From contig DAHO01000052.1 in assembly GCA_002498455.1 (NCBI GenBank), positions 25,527-87,802 of the forward strand: a stretch of 62,276 nt of DNA, given 5' to 3'. The DNA is from Euryarchaeota archaeon UBA602 (lineage in GTDB: Archaea; Thermoplasmatota; Poseidoniia; Poseidoniales; Thalassarchaeaceae). The notes beneath the pieces were generated by a model. It ran no database searches. It worked only from the letters and a program-made list of their open reading frames with translations, and was not told the DNA's origin. The position numbers were made by a program, and so were the translations under genes. Below, piece by piece: positions 22,709 through 33,968 of this stretch (position 1 is its first letter; each line of letters starts with the position of its first letter).

Positions 22709-25700
22709 ATGCGAAGCCAGTCTGTTGCCTTGATTCTAGTCGGTTTGATGCTTTTTGCACCGGCACTTGGATTCACCGAAAAAACACAACTCGAGGCTGA
22801 ATTTGAACCACAAAATGCAGCACGCTCTACAGCTAATGCCCTGCTTTGGGGCGCCCATGCTTCAGGTTCCGGTAGTACCGATTCAGTGATGTCAATTGAG
22901 ATGGATGCCCAGGGGCGCACTTACGTTTGCGGCTATTTCTACAATACTGCGGTTTTTGGAAACACCACACTGTCATCTTCCGGTAGTTATGACGTCTTTG
23001 TGGGTCGATTGAGCAATGGTGCATGGGATTGGGTTCAACGTGCAGGAGGGAGTTCTAGCGATCAGTGCAGAGATATTGCCGTAGACGATGGCGGGAATGT
23101 AACCATCACCGGTTACTACTATTCATCGAACTCAGCAGCTTTCGGCTCTACAACTCTCTCAGGCCAAGGTAGCAACGACATTTTCGTGGCCCGGTTGGAC
23201 AGTGGTGGGAATTGGATTTGGGCGAAATCAGCAGGCGGCAGCAGTTCCGACTACGGCAATGGTGTGGCTGTGGACAATGCAGGAAACGCATACTTGACCG
23301 GCGAATATTACAACACGGGGTATTTCGGTTCTATCACATTGAATTCATACAGCTATCAAGAGGCCTTTTTGGCGAAGCTCGATAATGCTGGCAACTTTGT
23401 TTGGGCCAAGCGATTCTACGGTTCATACTATCAAAGAGGGAAGGACGTTGATGTCAATGACAATGGCGAAATCGCAATAACGGGTGAATTCAGTTATCGT
23501 ATCAACTTCGGTGAAGCCGGTGGACCTGAACTGTCTCCGAGTTACCAATCAAGCAGTTACTACCGTGTCTTTGTGGCCAAGTTCACCAATGCTGGTCAAG
23601 TCTCGTGGGCGAAAATGGCGGGATATTTCCAATCCTCATACAGTTCCCACGGGGAAGGTGTAGGCATTGACAACAATGGTGAAGTGGCCGTCAGTGGTCG
23701 CTTCTACTATCTGATGGATTTTGATACCAACAACAACAACCGGATGTACGCCTACCAACAATCCAGTAATTGGGACTGTTTTGTCGCCAAATGGAATGCA
23801 AATGGTGTTCACCAGTGGGCGCAAAATGCAGGCGGTTCTAGCACAGATTACTGCTACGATCTTGATATGGACAAAATCTCGGGTAATATTACAGTCTCCG
23901 GGATGTATTACAACACAGCATGGTTCGGGAACTCTCAACTCTCATCTTCCGGTTCAAATGATGCATTCATGGCCCATGTTCCATCTTCAGGTGGTTGGGA
24001 TTGGATGAAGAAATTCGGTGGTTCCAGTTCAGAATATGGATATTCTGTAGCAATGCGAAATGGCATGTATGCCTTCGGAGGATATTTCCACAACACTGCA
24101 ACCGATGGTTCTGGGCAAATATCCTACAGCGCAGCTGCGGGTGCAGATGGATTCATCCTAATGTATGGGGCTGATCAAGATGGAGATGGAATCGGTGATC
24201 AAGTCGATGATTTCCCATGGGAACCTTCGCAATGGCGGGATACCGATGGTGATGGATTTGGAGACAATATTGATGGTTGGCAAGGGGATGCTTGTCCGCT
24301 CACCTATGGTAATTCAACCGTTGATCGATACGGTTGCCCCGATACCGATGGTGATGGTTGGTCAGATGCTGGTGACGATTTGCCCAATGAAATCACGCAG
24401 TGGGTTGACGGTGATGGTGATGGGTTTGGTGAAAACCCCGTTGGAGTGACTCCCGATGCATGCCCCAATGAATGGGGCGATTCCTGGCGCGATCGACTTG
24501 GTTGCCGAGATTTGGATTCAGATGGACAATCCGATTTGAATGATTATTTCATGAACAATCCCACTCAGTGGTCGGATTCCGATGGCGATGGCCTTGGCGA
24601 CAATTGGGCAGATGGAGATTGGAATGATACACGTGCAGAGCATTGGCCGGGGATGTGGTTCGAAAATGCCACTCTATCCGATCCTTCTCCTTTGGATTAT
24701 GATGGTGACGGATTTGAGGACCTGAGTGCCGGTGGCCCATGGGGCCCATATGATGACTGTGTGTACGAACATGGGACTTCAGTACGGGATCGGATTGGAT
24801 GTCTCGACAGTGATGGTGATGGTTGGTCTGATCAAGGCGATGAAGTCGACGATAATCCGACTCAATGGGAAGATGCTGATGGCGACGGATTTGGCGATAA
24901 TCCCTCGGGGACCGAGTGGGACGCGTGTTCTGATCGCCCAGGAAACTCGACCCATGATCGCTTTGGGTGCCCTGACAATGATGGAGATGGTTGGTCCAAT
25001 GACAACGATGAATGTCCCTCATTGCCGAGTTCACTAGACAATGGTTGCCCAGATTCCGATGGCGACGGTTGGGTAGATGGTGGCAACGATGGTGAAGTTG
25101 ATGACTGCCCGAATCAGTGGGGTGTATCAACTGTGGATCGGAACGGATGCCCTGATGCAGACGGCGACGGTTGGTCCGATGACAACGATCCATTCTACTT
25201 GGATCCAACACAATGGTCCGATGAAGATGGGGATGGGTACGGTGATGAACCCGGCGGATTCCAAGCCGATGATTGCTTGAACTGGGCTGGAACCTCAAAT
25301 CAAGATGGTGTATTTGGATGTGCAGACGGAGACGGTGATGGTTGGGCTGACCAAATCGATGGTTGGGATACCAATCCTGCACTTTGGTCAGATTCTGATT
25401 TAGATGGTTATGCGGACCAGCGTGGCGACCCTCTCGAATCGGATGATTGTCCAAACGAATATGGGAAGAGCACCATCTTCTATCTAGGCTGTCCTGACAT
25501 GGACAACGATGGCTGGCCTGATATGAAGGACGGAGATACCGATGGTGATGGGTACATGGATACCACAGAACTCACTGCAAATCCTCCTTCAGATCCACTT
25601 GATCCTTTGTCGACGCCATCGGATGCAGATGGAAACTTTGTCGCTGACCATGAAGAACCGATTGAGAAATCAACCATCGAAGATCCAGTCATTCAGGGCG

Positions 25701-26149
25701 TTGTCGCTGTGTTGGCAACGGGTCTTCTAATCACACTCATCATGGCGTGGACATTGTATTCCTCCGGCCGAGGAAAGCAGCGAGAGTATGAATCGATGCT
25801 ATTGATGGTTGAGGAAGCCGAAGGCTATGCTGGACTCTCTGCCGCGGAGCAAGAATTGGACAAGATGCTTGAAGCGAATCTGTTGGGTGCTGGACAGGGT
25901 TTGCTCCTCAAAGATCGCCTCGAATCCAAGCGATTCGCTCTAGAGGATGATTTGGCAGGAGCAGATTCTCACCCGTCAGGAATCAGCCAATCCGCAGATA
26001 CTGACTTGGAGATGATTGCCGAGCATGGAAAAGTCGCTACATGGGGTAGCGATCAATCGCAATGGACTCCAGAACAGCAAGCATGGTATGAACAAGCAAA
26101 GCAGTGGGGCGGGTACTATGATGAAAACGGCAACTGGGTCCCAATTTAA
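22709..26149 (+). CDS. exported SBBP beta-propeller repeat / thrombospondin-type-3 repeat protein with a C-terminal TM anchor
   Basis: The signal-like N-terminus is SVALILVGLMLFAPALGF. About 8 SBBP-type repeats follow (GGSSSDxxxxIAVDxxGNVxITGxxxxxxxFG...DxFVAxL...GxxxWA). About 24170..25570 encodes periodic DxDGDG(W/F)xD...CP...G.S..DR.GCPD units. Then come a TM (VVAVLATGLLITLIMAW) and a cytoplasmic tail of about 130 aa. Confidence 0.85.
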   Translation: MRSQSVALILVGLMLFAPALGFTEKTQLEAEFEPQNAARSTANALLWGAHASGSGSTDSVMSIEMDAQGRTYVCGYFYNTAVFGNTTLSSSGSYDVFVGRLSNGAWDWVQRAGGSSSDQCRDIAVDDGGNVTITGYYYSSNSAAFGSTTLSGQGSNDIFVARLDSGGNWIWAKSAGGSSSDYGNGVAVDNAGNAYLTGEYYNTGYFGSITLNSYSYQEAFLAKLDNAGNFVWAKRFYGSYYQRGKDVDVNDNGEIAITGEFSYRINFGEAGGPELSPSYQSSSYYRVFVAKFTNAGQVSWAKMAGYFQSSYSSHGEGVGIDNNGEVAVSGRFYYLMDFDTNNNNRMYAYQQSSNWDCFVAKWNANGVHQWAQNAGGSSTDYCYDLDMDKISGNITVSGMYYNTAWFGNSQLSSSGSNDAFMAHVPSSGGWDWMKKFGGSSSEYGYSVAMRNGMYAFGGYFHNTATDGSGQISYSAAAGADGFILMYGADQDGDGIGDQVDDFPWEPSQWRDTDGDGFGDNIDGWQGDACPLTYGNSTVDRYGCPDTDGDGWSDAGDDLPNEITQWVDGDGDGFGENPVGVTPDACPNEWGDSWRDRLGCRDLDSDGQSDLNDYFMNNPTQWSDSDGDGLGDNWADGDWNDTRAEHWPGMWFENATLSDPSPLDYDGDGFEDLSAGGPWGPYDDCVYEHGTSVRDRIGCLDSDGDGWSDQGDEVDDNPTQWEDADGDGFGDNPSGTEWDACSDRPGNSTHDRFGCPDNDGDGWSNDNDECPSLPSSLDNGCPDSDGDGWVDGGNDGEVDDCPNQWGVSTVDRNGCPDADGDGWSDDNDPFYLDPTQWSDEDGDGYGDEPGGFQADDCLNWAGTSNQDGVFGCADGDGDGWADQIDGWDTNPALWSDSDLDGYADQRGDPLESDDCPNEYGKSTIFYLGCPDMDNDGWPDMKDGDTDGDGYMDTTELTANPPSDPLDPLSTPSDADGNFVADHEEPIEKSTIEDPVIQGVVAVLATGLLITLIMAWTLYSSGRGKQREYESMLLMVEEAEGYAGLSAAEQELDKMLEANLLGAGQGLLLKDRLESKRFALEDDLAGADSHPSGISQSADTDLEMIAEHGKVATWGSDQSQWTPEQQAWYEQAKQWGGYYDENGNWVPI

Positions 26150-26280
26150 TAGAGTTGGAACATTTCAGAAAAGCACAACTCATCCAATACCCAAGCGAAA
26201 AACCTCCTTCGATAGGCTACCGATTCGAATCCCATTGGTCCTTCGGTAATTGGTTCGGCGTATTTCGTGGTTTTCTTAAA

Positions 26281-27789
26281 TCAGTTCCCAAGTTCTGAAA
26301 GAATGAGATCAACCGTCGCTTTTGCTGAATTGAGAACGCCGGGTAATCCAGCACCGGGATGCGTTCCTGCGCCGACAATGTAGAGTCCATCAATTCCTGA
26401 ATCCTTGTTCGATGGGCGGAAATAAGCACTCTGTGTGAGTTTTGGAGCGACTGAAAATGCTGATCCTTTGAACGCTGCAAGTTCGCTTTCGAATGTTTTT
26501 GGTGTGATATGTCTTCGTGTAACAATGTGCTTACTTAGTTCTGGCATCTCGACTTCAAGGGCTTCAATAATGCGGTCTCCATAATCATCTGCGATGGAAT
26601 CCCAATCAACATCAGCACGTCCAAGGTGTGGGACAGGAGCAAGGACATAGGCTGCACTGCAACCTTCTGGAGCAAGACTCTTGTCGGTAACCGTAGGTAC
26701 GTGAAGATACAAGCTGAAGTCATCAGGAAGTTTGCTTCCTTTGAAGATGTCATCCAGCAGACCCTTGTATCGAGGTCCGAACAAGATTGTGTGATGTGCA
26801 ACATCGTTGTATTCGATGTCCGTTCCAAAGTAAAGAACGAATAAGGACATCGACCAATCCATCTTCTCGAGTTTCTTTGCTCGTTTTTGAGCGACATTTG
26901 AGTTGGAATAGAGCTTCTTGTACGTGTGGTGAACATCTGCATTCGAAATCACCATGTCGAAGTCCTGTTCGACGTCGTTTCCATCGGTAATCCGATGGAT
27001 AGTTGCCTTACCGTTCTTGATGACATCAACGGATTTGACTGGAGTTGAGAGTCGAATTTCGCCACCAAGTTCCTCGAACAGTTTCACCAGTGTTCGAACC
27101 AAAGCGTGTGTCCCTCCTTCGGGGAAGAACACTCCCCATTCACGTTCAAGATAGTGAATTAGCGTGTATATGGATGAGGTTTGGAACGGATTGCCGCCAA
27201 CGAGAAGGGAGTGGAAACTGAGTGCTTGTCGCAAATGATCGTCTTTGACGTACTTTGCAATGGTCTTGTAAACGGAACGGTCTGCTCTCAGTTTGATCAA
27301 AGAAGGAGAAACAGACATCATGTCTGAGAACTTGAGGAACGGTCGGTCTGCGAGTTCAGTGTAGCCCTTATCGAACACTTTCTTCGCATACTCAAAAAAC
27401 TCCTGGTAGCCTTCAGCATCAGATGGACTTCGTTCAGCAATCTGTTTGACCATCGTTGCTTCATCTCGGACATAATCGAATCGATCACCATCCGCCCAGA
27501 TCAACCGATACATGGGCTGGACTTCCATGAGTTTGATGTAATCGTCCAATGAACGGTTGGTTAGTTCGAACAAATCTGTGAGAACATGCGGTGCAGTGAT
27601 GACTGTTGGTCCTGCATCAAAAGTAAATCCCTCATCGCGGTAGACATAGGCCCGGCCACCGGGGAGGTCCCGTGCTTCATAGAGGACGGTCTTGATCCCA
27701 GCACTTTGCAATCGAATCGCTGCACCGAGGCCACCAAATCCGCTCCCTATGACCGCTGCTTCCTTTGACGATTGTCCTGAGGCAGACAT
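26281..27789 (-). CDS. crtI: phytoene desaturase
   Basis: This 502-aa ORF has the N-terminal FAD fold AAVIGSGFGGLGAAIRL. It shows full-length similarity to the CrtI pattern (GGRAYVYRDEGFTFDAGPTVIT...VGAGTHPGAGLPGV). Confidence 0.9.
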   Translation of the reverse strand: MSASGQSSKEAAVIGSGFGGLGAAIRLQSAGIKTVLYEARDLPGGRAYVYRDEGFTFDAGPTVITAPHVLTDLFELTNRSLDDYIKLMEVQPMYRLIWADGDRFDYVRDEATMVKQIAERSPSDAEGYQEFFEYAKKVFDKGYTELADRPFLKFSDMMSVSPSLIKLRADRSVYKTIAKYVKDDHLRQALSFHSLLVGGNPFQTSSIYTLIHYLEREWGVFFPEGGTHALVRTLVKLFEELGGEIRLSTPVKSVDVIKNGKATIHRITDGNDVEQDFDMVISNADVHHTYKKLYSNSNVAQKRAKKLEKMDWSMSLFVLYFGTDIEYNDVAHHTILFGPRYKGLLDDIFKGSKLPDDFSLYLHVPTVTDKSLAPEGCSAAYVLAPVPHLGRADVDWDSIADDYGDRIIEALEVEMPELSKHIVTRRHITPKTFESELAAFKGSAFSVAPKLTQSAYFRPSNKDSGIDGLYIVGAGTHPGAGLPGVLNSAKATVDLILSELGN

Positions 27790-27901
27790 AAGTTTAGGTC
27801 AATGTCATTACTTGATAATGTTCGCTTTTGGCTTGGTAAATAACGCTTGTAAAAACAACGAGTTATAACCGTTCGAGAATCATTTCGTATGGGTGGTAGC
27901 C

Positions 27902-28837
27902 ATGGTGAGTTCAATGAAAATTGACAACCCAGAATACATCCTCGCCACGAGTGGCGAAAGTTTTCACTGGGCACGTCGTTTTCTGGGCAAGAAAATGGGA
28001 TATGATGCGGCTCGCCTTTACTCATTCTGCCGAGTACTCGATGACATGGCGGATGGTGACATCGAAAATGGTCCTGAACACCTCGTTCAAATTCAGTCAA
28101 AACTCAAACAAGGTCAGTGGGACAATCATCCTCTTCTCAACCAGTTTTCAGACATGGTCGACGAATACGACCTCTCAACCACCGTTGTTTCCTCTCTCGT
28201 GGAAGGACTCCTTGACGATCAGGCTGATGAAGTTCTAATCAAAGATGAAGAAGATTTGATTCAATACGCCTACAAGGTCGCTGGGACTGTAGGTTTGCTG
28301 ATGTGTAATGTACTCAATACCAACGAACCAAGAGCCAAGCCACATGCGATTGACCTTGGAATCGGAATGCAACTCACCAACATTGCTCGAGATGTTCTGG
28401 AAGATGCAAAAATGGGGCGCAGGTACCTTCCAGGTTCATGGGTCAACGATATGGCGCCTGAGGACATCATTCAAGCTTCAACCAACCCATACTCCGATGA
28501 AGCATTGCTGATTACTGAAGCAGTTCACCGTCTGCTTACATTGGCCGAAAAATATTATGCCAGCGGGCGACGAGGGTTGGCTTATCTTCCTGCACGAGCA
28601 CACTTCTCAATCGGAGTTTCTGCCAAGGTGTATAGGCAAATTGGGATTCAACTCCTGCGTTCAAAACATTCCTGGCATGGCCCTCGCCAAGTAACCTCAA
28701 AAGCAAGCAAAGTTTTCTGCACCCTGCGAGCGAGTGTAACCCTCTTCCGTCGATTCCCACACCCACGAAAGCAACACAATGCACACCTTCACACATCGCT
28801 TGGCCCGTACATGAATCAAGGTGGTACGTGGGGATGA
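27902..28837 (+). CDS. crtB: phytoene synthase
   Basis: It has squalene/phytoene synthase motifs: YSFCRVLDDMADGD (the first Asp-rich box) and GMQLTNIARDVLEDAKMGRRYLP. The ORF-track start 27893 is a GTG, and the ATG at 27902 is preferred. It is divergent from crtI. Confidence 0.85.
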   Translation: MVSSMKIDNPEYILATSGESFHWARRFLGKKMGYDAARLYSFCRVLDDMADGDIENGPEHLVQIQSKLKQGQWDNHPLLNQFSDMVDEYDLSTTVVSSLVEGLLDDQADEVLIKDEEDLIQYAYKVAGTVGLLMCNVLNTNEPRAKPHAIDLGIGMQLTNIARDVLEDAKMGRRYLPGSWVNDMAPEDIIQASTNPYSDEALLITEAVHRLLTLAEKYYASGRRGLAYLPARAHFSIGVSAKVYRQIGIQLLRSKHSWHGPRQVTSKASKVFCTLRASVTLFRRFPHPRKQHNAHLHTSLGPYMNQGGTWG

Positions 28838-29916
28838 AGACGCAAGTCCTCGGCAATGGCGTCGCGGCGATGATGCTCGCATCTAACGCAGACAAGTTAC
28901 CCAATCACAATATCTGTGTCGTTCATCCCGATAACGCCCCGATGGCAAGAGACCACATGCTCGGATTTTGGAACATGGACGGACTGGATCTTGCTGTCGA
29001 AAGCTCAAGGGCTTCATGGTCGACTTGGGCCATCATCACCAGCACGAACAAGAGCGTGCTGCACTCTGAAAAGCACGCCTACCACATCATGCACAAAGCC
29101 AACTACTTGCAAAATTGTCGAAACAAGGCAGAGGAGCATGGTGTTGATTTCATCGAACAGATCGATTTGTCGGCGGATGGTCGTTCACTAACGTTCGATT
29201 CACGTCCACCTAAGGCGAGTAAAAACGCTATGCTTCAACACTTTATTGGTCAAGAAGTCGTTATCGACAAGCCAGTGTTTGATATCTCGACTGCAATTCT
29301 CATGGATTTCCGTGTCGATCAAAGCGAAGGTATGCATTTCATCTATCTCCTGCCTTTTTCGCCGACTCAAGCCCTTGTTGAATCTACACTGTTCACTACC
29401 AAGGTTCTTGAACGAGCATTTTACACCGATGCCATTGAAAACTACCTTCTCGATCACCATGGGGCTTCAATCGTCGACATTGCCCACGAAGAGCAAGGAG
29501 TAATTCCGATGGGAGCGTTATCACCACACGATCCCAAAATCCCTGGTATTGGAGCCAATGCTGGTGCGATTCGACCAGCGAGTGGTTACACGTTCGTGTT
29601 CATACACCAACAGATTCAACGAGCCATCGAAGCGTCAAGGCAAGGAAAACCACTTCGCTTCAAACGACCACACCAGTCTGTTGATGTATGGATGGATGCT
29701 GTTCTTCTCACGGTCTTGAGAAATTGGCCTCAACAGGGACCAAAACTGTTCGCCCGTATGGCGGCATCACTGACTGGGGATGAATTCGTCCGGTTTATGA
29801 GTGGTCAAGCCAACTGGAGATTGCGGTTCAAGGTCATCATGGCAATGCCGAAAATTCCCTTCATCAAGGGTGCCTCTAAACATCTCTTCCAACGGCCAAA
29901 AAAGGTGGTTTCATGA
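28834..29916 (+). CDS. crtY: lycopene beta-cyclase (CrtY-type)
   Basis: It is about 360 aa with an N-terminal dinucleotide fold VLGNGVAAMMLA. The ATG at 28834 overlaps the crtB stop (ATGA), and its own stop overlaps the blh ATG. The position between crtB and blh is typical. Confidence 0.75.
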   Translation: MKTQVLGNGVAAMMLASNADKLPNHNICVVHPDNAPMARDHMLGFWNMDGLDLAVESSRASWSTWAIITSTNKSVLHSEKHAYHIMHKANYLQNCRNKAEEHGVDFIEQIDLSADGRSLTFDSRPPKASKNAMLQHFIGQEVVIDKPVFDISTAILMDFRVDQSEGMHFIYLLPFSPTQALVESTLFTTKVLERAFYTDAIENYLLDHHGASIVDIAHEEQGVIPMGALSPHDPKIPGIGANAGAIRPASGYTFVFIHQQIQRAIEASRQGKPLRFKRPHQSVDVWMDAVLLTVLRNWPQQGPKLFARMAASLTGDEFVRFMSGQANWRLRFKVIMAMPKIPFIKGASKHLFQRPKKVVS

Positions 29917-30743
29917 GCCTCTTGGGAGAACTGATGAGTGTTGATCTTCTCAACCTCATCGCTTTGATTGCTATTGTTTTCATCGGCTTGCCTCATGGTG
30001 CGATGGATGGGGCGTTGGCGATTCATCTTGGATGGATGAATCAACCCGTCAAAGCAGCAATGTTCCTACTCGGTTATGTTGGTCTAGCTGCGGTTGTGGT
30101 CGGCTTGTGGTTTCTCGCTCCAGTAATCGGATTCCTCGCGTTTCTTGCCATCAGTTTGTTTCACTTTGGAAGAGGCGACATTGTTCCCCATACAAAGGAA
30201 CACAAAAACGCAGAAGTTGTCATGCGAGGCGGTCTTGTTTTAGCGGGAATCAGTTTGTTTCATCGTACTGAAGTGGATGGAATTTTTGAGATTCTTGTTG
30301 GTAGTAACACCTCGCTTGTGTGGTCCTTCTTACAAGCCGTTGGAGCCCTTACCATCCTCTTGATTCCAATTGTAATCATCTCAAAACCACCATCTGAACG
30401 ACGCTCTTTACTGCTTGAAATCTCCGGTTTTCTCCTGTTGTTCGCATTCGCTCCACCTCTTCTGGGATTTGCGATTTACTTTTGTTGCATCCATTCTGTC
30501 CATCATTTTACACACATGGGGGAGATGCTCAAATCCACCATCCATCAATTCGAGATTACGCGTACGACCGTCCTCTTTTCGTTGATGACATGGGCCGTTG
30601 GTTTACTGATTCTAGCGTATCGATCGGCGTCGGTAGGGGTTGAACCTGCTCTAATTCAAGTGATTTTCATTGGTCTTGCAGCTCTTACCGTACCTCATAT
30701 GATCCTTGTTGATGGAATCGCAAAGCATGAACAGGCTTCCTAA
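29913..30743 (+). CDS. blh: Brp/Blh-family beta-carotene 15,15'-dioxygenase (retinal-forming)
   Basis: This 276-aa multi-TM protein has four His-containing motifs: GLPHGAMD, LFHFGRGD, CCIHSVHHF, TVPHM. Confidence 0.85.
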   Translation: MSLLGELMSVDLLNLIALIAIVFIGLPHGAMDGALAIHLGWMNQPVKAAMFLLGYVGLAAVVVGLWFLAPVIGFLAFLAISLFHFGRGDIVPHTKEHKNAEVVMRGGLVLAGISLFHRTEVDGIFEILVGSNTSLVWSFLQAVGALTILLIPIVIISKPPSERRSLLLEISGFLLLFAFAPPLLGFAIYFCCIHSVHHFTHMGEMLKSTIHQFEITRTTVLFSLMTWAVGLLILAYRSASVGVEPALIQVIFIGLAALTVPHMILVDGIAKHEQAS

Positions 30744-30813
30744 CGAAGCTGTAACGTTCCGACCACCAGCTTACGCTGGACACGCTATCAAAAGATAAGG
30801 ATCAGTGATGATC

Positions 30814-31821
30814 TCAAACGGATTTAGTCGTTGAAATAACAACTGCTCCAATTTTGTACGGATCTCCATTCGACGCTGGTCTACGATCTTCTAGACGCCC
30901 CTTCCAACCATCTTCAATTGTGCCAATCGGGATTCGAATCGAAGCGCCTCTGTCTGAAACACCATACGAAAACTGGTCGATTGACTGTGTCTCATGTAAT
31001 CCGGTTAGTCGCTGCTCGTTGTGTGCACCATAAACGGACATGTGGGCGTCAATATTTCTTCCGAAGGCTTCACAAATTTCAGTAAACAGTTTCTCGCCGC
31101 CTTCGTCTCTCATTCTTCCATCACTGAAATTGACGTGCATTCCTGAACCATTCCAATCGCCCTTGATTGGCTTTGGATGGTATTCGATGTAATATCCATA
31201 TTTTTCAGTGCATCTATCCAGTAGATATCTAGCGACCCAAAGTTCATCTCCAGCTCGCTTTGCACCCTTAGCGAAAATTTGGAATTCCCATTGCCCACAT
31301 GCTACCTCCTGGTTGATGCCTTCGTAATTGATTCCTGCTTCTAAACACAAGTCAGCGTGTTCTTCGACGAGATCTCGACCGTGGGTGTTCTTACCTCCCA
31401 CTGAACAGTAGTAAAGTCCCTGTGGACCGGGGTATCCGCCTACAGGGAAACCCAAGGGCAGTTGTGTTTGCACATCCATGATGAAATATTCTTGCTCGTA
31501 ACCGAACCAAAAATCATCATCATCTTCTTCGATAGTAGCTCTACCGTTGCTCTTGTGTGGTGTCCCATCTGCATTCAATACTTCACACATTACGAGGAAA
31601 CCATCGACTCTTTGGGGGTCGGGGAAAATTGCGACTGGCTTCAATAGGCAATCAGAATCCCCTCCTTCAGCTTGTTTTGTTGAAGAACCATCAAATGACC
31701 ACATTGGGCAATCCTCAACATTGCCAGAGAAATTTTTCCGAATCAGTGTCTTGCTTCTCATATTCTGTGTCGGTTCGTAACCGTCTAGCCAGATGTATTC
31801 CAGTTTTGCATGTTTAATCAT
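30814..31821 (-). CDS. glnII: glutamine synthetase, type II (eukaryote-like GSII)
   Basis: It aligns by eye along its full length with GSII: LEYIWLDG, WSFDGSSTKQAEGGDSD, FGYEQEYF, GPQGLYYCSVG, GRDLVEEH, GQWEFQI, DELWVARYLL, HPKPIKGDWNGSGMHVNFS, RLTGLHETQSI, ASIRIP, EDRRPASNGDPY. The ORF-track start 31830 is a TTG, and the ATG at 31821 is preferred. Confidence 0.9.
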   Translation of the reverse strand: MIKHAKLEYIWLDGYEPTQNMRSKTLIRKNFSGNVEDCPMWSFDGSSTKQAEGGDSDCLLKPVAIFPDPQRVDGFLVMCEVLNADGTPHKSNGRATIEEDDDDFWFGYEQEYFIMDVQTQLPLGFPVGGYPGPQGLYYCSVGGKNTHGRDLVEEHADLCLEAGINYEGINQEVACGQWEFQIFAKGAKRAGDELWVARYLLDRCTEKYGYYIEYHPKPIKGDWNGSGMHVNFSDGRMRDEGGEKLFTEICEAFGRNIDAHMSVYGAHNEQRLTGLHETQSIDQFSYGVSDRGASIRIPIGTIEDGWKGRLEDRRPASNGDPYKIGAVVISTTKSV

Positions 31822-33516
<1,695 letters not shown>

Positions 33517-33525
33517 ATTATTTTA

Positions 33526-33960
33526 TCAAAATCCGATTGTATCCAAAAGGATGAAGAATGCTATAGCGAGGCAAATGAACCCGAAAATTGCATTCCCCAA
33601 GAGTCCGAATATACTCTTTGTCGTGCTTTGACCCTGTTCACTTTGCCAGGTAGCTTTGCTATTGTAGTAAGCTGCATCAAGCATCAATCCAATGGCCCAA
33701 ATAAAACTACACAATCCGCATGCCAAATCTTCCTGAAATAAGAAAAATCCAACGAGAACATAAACACCAATCCCCACAGTCATTACAATGTATGAGATGT
33801 GGCGAAAATTGGTATCAGGCTTGAATTTAGGATTGGGGACATAGAGTACCTGCTGCCCGACTTGCCCAGTCAGAACTTGCTGTTGTGATTTAGGGGTTCC
33901 AACCACAACTTGATTTTGAGGTTGTTTTTCATCACTCGACCAAGGTGCAGTAGTTTCCAA
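33526..33960 (-). CDS. hypothetical membrane protein (Gln-rich N-terminus, 3 predicted TM)
   Basis: This 144-aa ORF has a TTG start and hydrophobic segments VMTVGIGVYVLVGFFLF, LCSFIWAIGLML and AIFGFICLAIAFFILL. No family was recognised. Confidence 0.5.
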   Translation of the reverse strand: METTAPWSSDEKQPQNQVVVGTPKSQQQVLTGQVGQQVLYVPNPKFKPDTNFRHISYIVMTVGIGVYVLVGFFLFQEDLACGLCSFIWAIGLMLDAAYYNSKATWQSEQGQSTTKSIFGLLGNAIFGFICLAIAFFILLDTIGF

Positions 33961-33968
33961 AAAATCAC

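Noticed and set aside
24549-25454. A 301-aa minus-strand ORF, and the periodic DNA repeats in 24170..25570 as a possible CRISPR-like array.
   Set aside because: The ORF is the His/Arg/Pro-rich antisense of the GAT/GGT-rich TSP3 repeats. The periodicity is in-frame coding repetition with variable units, not identical direct repeats separated by unique spacers.
26224-26232. A TTCGAATCC T-loop-like word in the convergent gap between the SBBP gene and crtI, considered as a possible tRNA or tRNA-fragment att site.
   Set aside because: The flanking bases do not form a T-stem (ACCGA vs CCCAT) and no acceptor or anticodon arms can be drawn. There is no integrase nearby.
29913-30743. The multi-TM protein next to the carotenoid genes, considered as a possible rhodopsin.
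   Set aside because: It carries the four His motifs of Brp/Blh dioxygenases (LPHGAMD, FHFG, HSVHH, PHM) and lacks a retinal-binding Lys helix. It is annotated as blh.
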